Source: Sphingomonadaceae bacterium (GTDB taxonomy: Bacteria > Chloroflexota > UBA6077). From it: a DNA stretch of 64,000 nucleotides. The DNA is taken from contig JBLNDL010000078.1 of the NCBI GenBank assembly GCA_050261575.1, forward strand, positions 1 through 64,000, in the 5' to 3' direction. Under the pieces are notes generated by a model that did no database searches, was not told the DNA's origin, and saw only the letters and a program-made list of their open reading frames with translations. This document shows, piece after piece, positions 19,004-27,560 of this stretch. The first letter of the stretch is position 1; every line of letters begins with the position of its first letter. The position numbers were made by a program, and so were the translations under genes.

Positions 19004-19912
19004 TTGGAAAACGCCGTGGTCTCCCGAGTGGGGGCGGTCAACGTGGTGTTCAATGTCCTCGCGGCGATGCGACCCAAGCAGTGGACCAAGAACGCGGTTC
19101 TCTTCGCTGGGTTGGTCTTCGCGGGCAAGATGCTCCATCCCGACCTGGTTGCCCGGGTCGTCGCAGCGGCTGTGCTGTTCTGCGCTCTGTCGGGAGCGGT
19201 CTATCTCATCAACGACATCAAGGACATCGACGCGGATCGGCTTCACCCGAAGAAGCGGCTCCGGCCAATAGCCTCTGGACGGCTCTCGGTCTCCCAGGCG
19301 TGGGGAGCAACGATGCTGTTGCTTCTCTTCGCTCTGCCGGGTGCGTGGCTGCTGAGTCCGCCCTTCGGCGCTTTCGCCGTCGCCTACCTGGCGATGATGC
19401 TCGCCTACAACCTCAAGCTGAAGGAAGTGGTGATCCTGGACGTCCTGGTGATTGCCGCTGGGTTCGTCTTGAGGGCGGTGGCTGGAAGCCTCGTCGTGGG
19501 GGTTCCGATCTCCCCCTGGCTGTACGTCTGCACCAGTCTGCTGGCCCTCTTCCTAGGCTTCGGCAAGCGCAGACACGAGTTGGTGCTGCTGGATCGCTCG
19601 GCCGCCAGCCATCGGAAGATCCTGGACGAGTACAGCCCCGCGCTCCTCGATCAGTTGATGTCTGCCGTCACGGCCTCCACCGTCATAGCCTACTCGCTCT
19701 ACTCCTTCTTCTCGGAGACCTCACACAAGGCGCCCTACATGATGCTGACCATACCTTTCGTGGTATACGCCACCTTCAGGTACCTCTACCTGATCTACGG
19801 ACGGGGCGAGGGGGGAAGCCCCGAGGAGGCGCTGCTGCGAGACCGTCCGCTGTTGGGGGCGATCCTGCTCTGGGGCGCAGCCGTGGTGCTGGTCATCTAC
19901 ACCTCGGCCTAG
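19004..19912 (+). CDS. Polyprenyl-phosphate phosphoribosyltransferase (DPPR synthase-like, UbiA family)
   Basis: MRPKQWTKN, YLINDIKDIDADRLHPKKRLRPIASG, GFVLRAVAG, LGFGKRRHEL, multi-TM. Confidence 0.9.
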   Translation: MENAVVSRVGAVNVVFNVLAAMRPKQWTKNAVLFAGLVFAGKMLHPDLVARVVAAAVLFCALSGAVYLINDIKDIDADRLHPKKRLRPIASGRLSVSQAWGATMLLLLFALPGAWLLSPPFGAFAVAYLAMMLAYNLKLKEVVILDVLVIAAGFVLRAVAGSLVVGVPISPWLYVCTSLLALFLGFGKRRHELVLLDRSAASHRKILDEYSPALLDQLMSAVTASTVIAYSLYSFFSETSHKAPYMMLTIPFVVYATFRYLYLIYGRGEGGSPEEALLRDRPLLGAILLWGAAVVLVIYTSA

Positions 19913-20032
19913 GGGGACAGCTTGGGACCAACTCGATCTGGAAGCGCGGAGAGACCGCACCAGTCGTGGCTTCAGGCCCCCGGGCTCGCATGCCGACTGC
20001 CGGGAAGGGAGGCCACGCACCACCTCGCCCAG

Positions 20033-20467
20033 ATGTACCTGGCAACCTTCGCTCGGTTCCTCTTGGTTGGCTTGAGCGGGGTGTTCGTCAACATGGGAAC
20101 CCTGTGGTTCCTGACGGAAGTTGGCGGCCTCTACTACATGGTGTCGAGCGTGGTGGCGGTGGAGGTGTCCATCGTCACCAACTTCCTGATGAACAACAGT
20201 TGGACTTTTCGCCACCGAAGCCACGGGGTGTTTCGGCTGTCGGCCTTGGCCAAGTACAACCTGGTGTGTGGAGGAGGGATCGTGGGTAGCACCACCATCC
20301 TTTACCTGCTCACGACCCTGGGCGGGATCCACTACCTGCTGGCCAATCTCGCCGCCATCTCGGTGACTGCACTGTGGAACTTCGCCGCCAACACCGCGTG
20401 GACCTGGCGACAGCAGTCTCCGAAGGGAGGCGACCGCGCCGCTGACATTACTGTAAGCGACCACTAG
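20033..20467 (+). CDS. GtrA-family lipid-linked sugar flippase
   Basis: RFLLVG, NFLMNNSWTF, WNFAANTAWTW, four TMs; start uncertain. Confidence 0.85.
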   Translation: MYLATFARFLLVGLSGVFVNMGTLWFLTEVGGLYYMVSSVVAVEVSIVTNFLMNNSWTFRHRSHGVFRLSALAKYNLVCGGGIVGSTTILYLLTTLGGIHYLLANLAAISVTALWNFAANTAWTWRQQSPKGGDRAADITVSDH

Positions 20468-20475
20468 GCCAAGTT

Positions 20476-20508
20476 TTAACGAGCATATCATCCCTAAGAA
20501 CGTACTAT
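20476..20508 (+). promoter_or_regulatory. Direct-repeat promoter, site B (degenerate)
   Basis: TTAAC(20476)-N6-ATCAT(20487)-N11-TACTAT(20503). Confidence 0.5.
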
Positions 20509-20557
20509 GGTGCGACTGCGGTCGTGCCGCCAGAATGCGGAGGTCGAAGAACGATCC

Positions 20558-21925
20558 ATGAGTAGTGTCTGCGTAATCGGAACCGGATATGTCGGCCTGG
20601 TCACCGGAACCTGCCTCGCGGAGCTGGGGCACTCGGTCACCTGCGTGGACATCGACGAGGCTAAGATCCAGGGCCTCAACCGGGGGACACTGCCAATCTA
20701 CGAGCCGGGGCTGGGCGACCTGGTGATCAAGAATCACGCGGCCGGCCGCCTGCGGTTCACCACCAGCTACGAGGTTGGGGTGCACAACTCCGATTTCGTC
20801 TTCATCACGGTGGGAACGCCGCCCGACCAGGACGGCGCCGCGGACCTCCGACAGGTGCAGTTGGTGGCCAGACGCATCGCCGAGGTGATGCGGGAGTTCA
20901 CGATCGTCGTGAACAAGAGCACCGTGCCTGTGGGCACTGCAGAATGGCTGGCGCAATACATCGAAGAGAGTCAAAGCGAGCCGGCGGACTTCGCGGTGGT
21001 CTCCAACCCAGAGTTTCTCCGTGAGGGGACGGCGGTGTCGGACTTCTTCTCGCCGACCAGGGTCGTCGTGGGCAGCACAAACCGGTCCGCCGCGCTCGCG
21101 GTGGCCGAGCTGTACGCCCCGCTGAACTCCCCGATCATCGTCACCGACCCCCGCACCTCCGAGATGATCAAGTACGCCTCCAACGCCTTCCTAGCCACGA
21201 AGATCTCCTTCATCAACGAGATGGCTCACATATGCGAAATGGTGGGCGCCGACATCCGTCAGGTGGCCGACGGCATGGGGCTGGACGGCCGCATCGGGCG
21301 GGCTTTCCTCGACGCGGGACTCGGCTACGGGGGCTCGTGCTTCCCCAAGGATGTGAGGGCTCTGGCTCAGTTGGCGGAGGGGAACGGCTTCCATCCGCAA
21401 CTGCTGAACACGGTGATGGCGATCAACCACGACCAGAGCAAACTGGTGCTTAAGAAGCTGGAGGCCGAGCTCCAGGCACTCGACGGGAAGTCCGTCGGGG
21501 TGTTGGGGCTCGCCTTCAAGCCGAACACCGACGACGTTCGAGAGGCCCCGGCGCTCACGGTGGTCAGCATGCTGCACGCCCGAGGTGCCCGAATCAAGGT
21601 GTACGACCCCGAGGCCATGCGCAACGCCGTGAAGCTGCTGCCGGCCGACGTGCGGTGTTGCGCGGATCCCTACGAGGTGGCCGAAGGGTGCGACGCTTTG
21701 GTGGTGGCGACCGAATGGGAGGAGTTCCGGAGACTGGACATGGAGCGCATCCGCGCGTCGATGGTGGATCCCCTCCCCGTGCTGATGGACGGGCGCAACA
21801 TGTTCGACCCCGAAGAGATGGAGCAACTCGGTTTCGCCTACCACGGGGTAGGCAGGGGAACAAACGGTGGCATGCGGGGTTCGGCTCCCGGTAACCGGAG
21901 TGTGAGGGCCACGTCGAAGCCCTAA
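20558..21925 (+). CDS. ugd: UDP-glucose 6-dehydrogenase family
   Basis: VIGTGYVGL, KSTVPVGT, SNPEFLREG, GYGGSCFPKD, GLAFKPNTDD. Confidence 0.95.
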   Translation: MSSVCVIGTGYVGLVTGTCLAELGHSVTCVDIDEAKIQGLNRGTLPIYEPGLGDLVIKNHAAGRLRFTTSYEVGVHNSDFVFITVGTPPDQDGAADLRQVQLVARRIAEVMREFTIVVNKSTVPVGTAEWLAQYIEESQSEPADFAVVSNPEFLREGTAVSDFFSPTRVVVGSTNRSAALAVAELYAPLNSPIIVTDPRTSEMIKYASNAFLATKISFINEMAHICEMVGADIRQVADGMGLDGRIGRAFLDAGLGYGGSCFPKDVRALAQLAEGNGFHPQLLNTVMAINHDQSKLVLKKLEAELQALDGKSVGVLGLAFKPNTDDVREAPALTVVSMLHARGARIKVYDPEAMRNAVKLLPADVRCCADPYEVAEGCDALVVATEWEEFRRLDMERIRASMVDPLPVLMDGRNMFDPEEMEQLGFAYHGVGRGTNGGMRGSAPGNRSVRATSKP

Positions 21926-21990
21926 ACCGGGGTACAGTGGTGCACCGTGCCCGACGGTCCCGCTGGCCCTACAGAGGACGGATACGAGAC

Positions 21991-22710
21991 ATGAGCATCG
22001 CTCGATCCAAAGCCCACATATTGGTGGTGGACGACAACTTGCAGAGTCTCAAGATGCTGCGCTTCCTGCTGGAGGATGAGGGCTACGAGGTGATGGTGGC
22101 CTCCAATGCCGCCACGGCCATCGACCACCTGCGATCGGCGCCCACCCCAGCACACCTGGTCATCCTCGACGTCATGATGCCCAACGTCGACGGGTTCGAC
22201 CTGTGCGACCGGATACGGCGTGAGGGTGAGAACGTCCCCATCATCTTCCTCTCTGCCCGGGGTGAGCCTGCGGATAAGGCAGAGGGGCTGCGAATGGGGG
22301 CCGACGACTACGTGGTGAAGCCTTTCGATCCGGCAGAGCTGTTGGCTCGCATCGCCGCCGTGCTGCGACGGAGCAAACCGGTATCGACGATCCCGGACTC
22401 CCAGCCGAGCCTCAGGCTGGGCGATGTGGAGCTGGACCCCGCGCGACTGAAGGTCAAGGTCGCCGAGAAGCGGCAGTCGGACCTCACCCCCACGGAGACC
22501 AAGCTGCTGCACTGCCTGATGAGAAACGCCGGAAGGGTGTTGACCAGGGACGTCCTGATCAACCAGGTGTGGGACTACGACTACGATGGCAACAACAACA
22601 CCGTAGACGTCTACATTAGGCGGCTACGCCAGAAGGTGGAGCCCAACCCCAACGAGCCACGGTACATTCGAACGGTCCGAGGTGCTGGCTACGTTTTCCA
22701 GGCGAACTAA
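21991..22710 (+). CDS. OmpR/PhoB-family response regulator (RR1)
   Basis: ILVVDD, ILDVMMP, GADDYVVKPF, LTPTE, DVYIRRLRQK, TVRGAGY. Confidence 0.95.
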   Translation: MSIARSKAHILVVDDNLQSLKMLRFLLEDEGYEVMVASNAATAIDHLRSAPTPAHLVILDVMMPNVDGFDLCDRIRREGENVPIIFLSARGEPADKAEGLRMGADDYVVKPFDPAELLARIAAVLRRSKPVSTIPDSQPSLRLGDVELDPARLKVKVAEKRQSDLTPTETKLLHCLMRNAGRVLTRDVLINQVWDYDYDGNNNTVDVYIRRLRQKVEPNPNEPRYIRTVRGAGYVFQAN

Positions 22711-22779
22711 GCAGGCATCTCTGGACGGAGCACACGCTCCCCGCGAGCGAGGCTGAGCGGGCTTGGGATCCTTGCTTAG
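22707..22779 (+). mobile_element. 73-bp TIR repeat (MITE-like), copy 3, diverged; overlaps RR1 stop codon
   Basis: CTAAGCAGGCATCTCTGGA...GGGATCCTTGCTTAG. Confidence 0.65.
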
Positions 22780-22837
22780 TGCTTCGGCGGGACCTGTGAC
22801 TCAACTCTGCTTATGTACAGCAGGATAGGCGACCCGG

Positions 22838-24541
22838 ATGACGACGCCTGTCGAGGATAGCTCGCGGCGGCTCAACTCCCTCTACTGGACCGAGAAGACG
22901 GTAAGCAACCCCATCAAGTGGGGAGTCTTCATCTCCGGCTCCGCACTGCTGTCCTACTGGAGTTGGAACGGGATCCCCCTCGAAGGGGCAGTCACGCTGC
23001 TGGCCTACGCGGTCCAGAACCTGGTGTTCACGGTGCTCTTCGCCCGGGTGGGCCTCTCCTTCCGCACGGCCAAGCTGCTCGTCCTGGTCTCCTACACCTT
23101 CGACTTCGTCTTCGTCGCCTACTTGATCTTCGGGCTCGGCGGGACGGCCAGCCAGGTGGCCTTCCTGATGTACGTCATACTCATCTTCAAGGCCGGGCTC
23201 TACTATCCCGTCTTCCACGAGTCACTTCTGATCCTGCCGATAGCGATCCTGTTCTACCTGGGGCTCCTCGCCTTCACCGAGGGGTTTCGGGTGTTCGCCG
23301 ACTACTCCCTGAGGCCACGACTGTTCATCCTTCTGGGCATCCCCGCAGTGACCATATACACGGCGCGCCTGCTCGAGCTTCGCGAGCAAGACCTCTCGAA
23401 ACTGAATGCCAGGCTGCGCGCGAAGACGGTGGAATTGAAGCGGCAGACCAGGGAACTGGAGGCGGTCATCGAGGGCATGCGGGATGGCCTGCTCGTCATC
23501 GACCCAGCCCTCAACGTGGTCACGATGAACCCCGAGGCAGCGGGCATCTTGAGGCTCCCCGAGGGCACCCAACCGCCGGTGCCCTTGTCCGTCAGCGACA
23601 ACGGCATGGCGCTGAGAGACGTGGTCGTCCAGGCGCTGGAAAGCGAAGAGCACATCGGGAAGGCAGAGATCCAGTTGCCCCTGCCCAACGACGGCGAGTC
23701 CGAGCGCCGGTCGTACCAGGCGGTGGCATCGGTTGTTCCGGGGGACAACTGCGCGACCACGCAAGCGGTGGTCATCCTGCGAGACGTCACGGAGCAGATG
23801 CGGCTGGAGTACGCCAAGTCGAATTTCCTGTCGGTCGTATCGCACGAGCTGCGCACTCCGCTCAGTTCGATCAAGGGGTTCCTGGACATCATCCTGTCCG
23901 AGAGGCCGGGCCCGCTAAACGAGACCCAGAAGGACTTCCTGACGACGGCCAAAGGGCAGGCCGAGTACCTCCACGCATTGATCAACGACCTGGTCGAGTT
24001 CTCGCGTATCCAGGTTCGGCGAGCGGCGCTGGACGTCGAACTCGTTTCTCTCGCGGACTTGACCAGATCGGTGTGTGCTCGGCTGCTGCCGCTCGTCCAA
24101 GACAAGAGCCTGTCCCTCGTCAACCAGGTGCAGAAGAGTCTCCCACTGATCGAGGGCGATCAGCTCCGGCTGGACCAGGTCGTGACCAACCTGATCACCA
24201 ACGCGATCAAGTTCACTCCCCCGGGCGGTGAGATCGTCGTCTCCGCTCACGAGGAGGACGACGAGATCGTCTACTCCGTTCGGGACAACGGTGTGGGCAT
24301 CCCCAAGGACCAGCAGGAGAAGATCTTCGAGCCCTTCTATCAGGTGAGCGAAGGCCCCGCGAGGCTCCACGGTGGGATGGGACTGGGTCTCGCGATCTGC
24401 AGGCACGTGATCGAGAGGCACCACGGCCGCCTCTTCGTCGAGAGCGCCGAGGGCCAGGGAAGCACATTCCACTTCGCGCTGCCCAAGCAGCACCCGGTCC
24501 ACCAAGACTCGGACGGCCAGAGGTCGGCGCTTCAATCCTGA
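22838..24541 (+). CDS. Membrane sensor histidine kinase (multi-TM + PAS + HisKA + HATPase), HK1
   Basis: About 6 TMs, PAS-like GLLVID/MNPEAA, SHELRTPL, NAIKFT, DNGVGI, GMGLGL. Confidence 0.95.
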   Translation: MTTPVEDSSRRLNSLYWTEKTVSNPIKWGVFISGSALLSYWSWNGIPLEGAVTLLAYAVQNLVFTVLFARVGLSFRTAKLLVLVSYTFDFVFVAYLIFGLGGTASQVAFLMYVILIFKAGLYYPVFHESLLILPIAILFYLGLLAFTEGFRVFADYSLRPRLFILLGIPAVTIYTARLLELREQDLSKLNARLRAKTVELKRQTRELEAVIEGMRDGLLVIDPALNVVTMNPEAAGILRLPEGTQPPVPLSVSDNGMALRDVVVQALESEEHIGKAEIQLPLPNDGESERRSYQAVASVVPGDNCATTQAVVILRDVTEQMRLEYAKSNFLSVVSHELRTPLSSIKGFLDIILSERPGPLNETQKDFLTTAKGQAEYLHALINDLVEFSRIQVRRAALDVELVSLADLTRSVCARLLPLVQDKSLSLVNQVQKSLPLIEGDQLRLDQVVTNLITNAIKFTPPGGEIVVSAHEEDDEIVYSVRDNGVGIPKDQQEKIFEPFYQVSEGPARLHGGMGLGLAICRHVIERHHGRLFVESAEGQGSTFHFALPKQHPVHQDSDGQRSALQS

Positions 24542-24571
24542 CGCATCTTTCAGTAGACCCCGCAGATCCTT

Positions 24572-24603
24572 TTAATCGCGCTTTCACCTACTACATCTAC
24601 ACT
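24572..24603 (+). promoter_or_regulatory. Direct-repeat promoter, site C
   Basis: TTAAT(24572)-N6-TTCAC(24583)-N10-TACACT(24598). Confidence 0.65.
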
Positions 24604-24618
24604 CACCCTGTTGTCAGA

Positions 24619-25683
24619 ATGGATGCCGACAGCATGGGACGCCTCGCCGGCCGAGGTCCGGCCTCGGGCAATCCCGGCAGAAGGAGAGCACGAGCAGTGG
24701 ATCAGGTCCCTGAGAGCCCCGATCTCACGGTGGCCATCGTGAACTGGAACACCCGAGAGTTGCTGAGTGACTGCCTGCTCTCACTGCAGCGCACCATCGA
24801 CCTCGCCCGCACGCAGGTGATCGTGGTGGACAACGCATCCTCGGATGGCACCGCGGAGATGGTGCGCTCCCGGTTCCCCTGGGTTGAGCTGATCGCCTCC
24901 AGCACCAACCTGGGGTTTGCCGCCGGTAACAACCTGGCTTTCTCCGCCACCGAGGGTCGATACGTCCTCTTCCTGAACCCCGATACCCAGGTAAACCCCG
25001 GCGCCATCGAGGAGATGACACGCTACCTGGATGGCCGGCCGGAGGTGGGTGTTGTAGGGACCACCCTCCTGAACCCCGACGGCAGCGTACAGCTATCGTG
25101 CCACCGCTTCTACAGCTTCTGGCACACCATCAAGCACAACAGGCTGGTGGACAGAATCGCAGGAGCCAGGGAGCTGTCCTCGATCAATCGCGGATCCCAT
25201 CCCCGCGAGGTGGACTGGATGACCGGCGCTTGCCTCATGGTGAGGAGAAGCGTCCTGACCAGCGTGGGTGGGTTCGACCCAACCTTCTTCGTCTACGGGG
25301 AGGAGATCGACCTGCAGTACAGGATCAAGCGAGCGGGCTGGCGGGTGGTCTACGTCCCCTCCAGCGGCGTCGTTCATCACGGGGGACAGAGCGCCAAACA
25401 GGCCGGAATTGCGGCCTCCCTCCACGATTACCGCGGCCGGTGGATCTTCCTCCGGAAGCACTACGGCCCGCTATCCGCGGCAGCCTACCTGGCCAAGGCG
25501 GTCGTGGCGCTGGCCGTCTGGACGGTGTATTGGGGCGCGAGGGCGGCGATACAGCACAGGCCGTGCGCCCGCCAGCAACTGGGTTCCTACTGGCGGCTGC
25601 TCAGGTGGCATCTGGTCGAGCGAGGGCTCCCGCCAGCTCCCGTTCACATCCAGGGGCTAGGGGCCAAGGAGTCGAAGCCATGA
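24619..25683 (+). CDS. GT2 glycosyltransferase (WbbL-like)
   Basis: IVNWNT, VDNASSDGT, NLGFAAGNN, LNPD, GACLMVR, YGEEIDL; alternative GTG start near 24697. Confidence 0.9.
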   Translation: MDADSMGRLAGRGPASGNPGRRRARAVDQVPESPDLTVAIVNWNTRELLSDCLLSLQRTIDLARTQVIVVDNASSDGTAEMVRSRFPWVELIASSTNLGFAAGNNLAFSATEGRYVLFLNPDTQVNPGAIEEMTRYLDGRPEVGVVGTTLLNPDGSVQLSCHRFYSFWHTIKHNRLVDRIAGARELSSINRGSHPREVDWMTGACLMVRRSVLTSVGGFDPTFFVYGEEIDLQYRIKRAGWRVVYVPSSGVVHHGGQSAKQAGIAASLHDYRGRWIFLRKHYGPLSAAAYLAKAVVALAVWTVYWGARAAIQHRPCARQQLGSYWRLLRWHLVERGLPPAPVHIQGLGAKESKP

Positions 25684-26882
25684 CTTTCCTGGAGTTGGCC
25701 TTCTGGCTCGCTGCGGTGGTGGTGGTCTACACCTACGCTGGCTATGGGTTGGTCGTGACGGCACTAGCAGCGGTGCGACCCAAGCCTCACCGGAAGGAGC
25801 CGCTTCGGGCCAAGGTGTCACTGATCATCGCCGCGTACAACGAAGAGCAGGTGATACGGGAGAAGATCGTCAACAGCCTCTGCCAGACCTACCCAAGTGA
25901 TCTACTCGAGATCATCGTGGTGAGCGACGGGTCCACCGACGCGACGGCGGCGATCGTCCAGGAGTACTGGGACCAGGGCGTGATGTCGCTCCACCAACCG
26001 ACGCGGATGGGCAAGGCGGCGGCGGTCGAGCGGGCGGTCGAGAACAGCAAGGGCGACATCCTCGTCTTCTCCGATGCCAACAGCATGTACACGCCCGACA
26101 CCATCGAGAAACTGGTGCGAAACTTCGCCGACCCAGAGGTTGGGTGTGTCGCGGGAGAAAAGCGGATTCGCGGCCACGACAGCGGTCCGATCGGCCGGGA
26201 AGCGGGGCTCTACTGGCGCTACGAGTCCTACCTCAAGCGGATGGACAGCATAGTGAACGGCGTGGTAGGCGCCGCTGGCGAGATCTTCGCGGTGCGCAGG
26301 TCCCTCTTCGTCCCCGCGGAGCCCGACTCCTTCATCGAGGATTTCATCGTCTCCATGCGTATTGCCGCCGCCGGGCACCGCGTGGTGTACGAGCCCGAGG
26401 CCATCTCCGTCGAGGAGGCGCCCGCGACGATTGCGGACGAGTTCGAGCGACGGGCAAGGATCTCCGCAGGAGGCTTTCAGTCCGTGGTGCGGCTGCGGAA
26501 GCTGCTCCTCTCGCCACATAGACTCCTAGTGTTCCAGTACGTGTCGCACCGGGTCCTGAGGTGGGCCGTGGTGCCCTTCCTCCTGCCGGTGCTGTTGGTA
26601 ACCAACCTGTTCCTGGCGGGCCACTTCCCGTACCACCTTCTGCTGGCCGGCCAGTTGGGCCTGATCGGGCTGGCCATCGCGGGTTGGGCACAGGAAAGCT
26701 TCAGCGGACGATCCTCCAGGGTGTTCCACGTGCCCTTCTACTTCTACATGCTGAACGTGGCAGCGCTCGTGGGCTTCTATCGCTACGTCACCGGACGGCA
26801 GAAAGTGACGTGGAAGCGAACCGGGCGCGCGAGTTTCGAGTCTGACGTCGCAAAGCCGGCAACGGCGCCCGGCGATGGGTGA
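25680..26882 (+). CDS. Membrane GT2 glycosyltransferase (CESA-like)
   Basis: N-terminal TM, IIAAYNEE, SDGSTD, FSDAN, IEDF, RRARI, C-terminal TMs; ATGA overlap. Confidence 0.9.
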   Translation: MTFLELAFWLAAVVVVYTYAGYGLVVTALAAVRPKPHRKEPLRAKVSLIIAAYNEEQVIREKIVNSLCQTYPSDLLEIIVVSDGSTDATAAIVQEYWDQGVMSLHQPTRMGKAAAVERAVENSKGDILVFSDANSMYTPDTIEKLVRNFADPEVGCVAGEKRIRGHDSGPIGREAGLYWRYESYLKRMDSIVNGVVGAAGEIFAVRRSLFVPAEPDSFIEDFIVSMRIAAAGHRVVYEPEAISVEEAPATIADEFERRARISAGGFQSVVRLRKLLLSPHRLLVFQYVSHRVLRWAVVPFLLPVLLVTNLFLAGHFPYHLLLAGQLGLIGLAIAGWAQESFSGRSSRVFHVPFYFYMLNVAALVGFYRYVTGRQKVTWKRTGRASFESDVAKPATAPGDG

Positions 26883-27103
26883 ACAAGTGACGATCCCCGC
26901 CAGGAGCGACACGATCGGGCACAGCACGGCGTGCGCGTGCGGGCACGGATTAGCCCTCTAGAAAGTGGTGGACAGAGTTGGCACAGACAGCGAGCGAGGA
27001 CAGTACCTATCCTACTCCTACCTACCCCGCCTGGGGACAGCCTGCCGGCGATCGCGCTGCGGGTCGGCTCGCCTACCTGCGCATTCGCTTTTGGATGGAG
27101 CAG

Positions 27104-27451
27104 ATGGCCAGGCGAGGACTGCAGATAGAGATCGACCGCGAGTCCGGGCGAACCGTTCTGCATCTCCACGGACGGCTGGACAGCCAGTCCGCACCTTTCC
27201 TCAAGAGAGGATTCGAGGAGGTGCTTCCGCTGATATCGCGGTGCGTAGACGTGGATCTGGCGGCCGTCGATCGCGTCGACGGCGTCGGTCTGGCAGCGCT
27301 GGTGTGGGCATGGCGGCTGACTCGGGACCACGGCCTGGAGCTGCGGCTCACGCGCATGCGTCCCTTCGTGCGGGAGATCGTCTCGAGGATGAACCTCCAC
27401 CACCTCTTACAGATCGTGGACGACAGGGAGTTCCTGCTGATAGCGGAGTAG
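27104..27451 (+). CDS. STAS-domain protein (anti-sigma factor antagonist-like)
   Basis: VLHLHGRLD, VDLAAVDRVDGVGLAALV; alternative start 27095. Confidence 0.8.
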   Translation: MARRGLQIEIDRESGRTVLHLHGRLDSQSAPFLKRGFEEVLPLISRCVDVDLAAVDRVDGVGLAALVWAWRLTRDHGLELRLTRMRPFVREIVSRMNLHHLLQIVDDREFLLIAE

Positions 27452-27560
27452 GCATGGCGTTGGTCACGGAGGACGGATGGCGCACGTTCTGGCTATCGAG
27501 TGCCGCACTCCCGGCCGTGAGCGCCGGCGACGCGAATACCGATGCCAACGGGAGGGCTGA

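Noticed and set aside
25098..25679. Long N-terminal extensions in track ORFs (25098, 36932, 38536, 47515, 48327, 57717, 12589, 6204)
   Set aside because: They overlap the upstream gene in another frame; true starts have SD sites or stop-start overlaps
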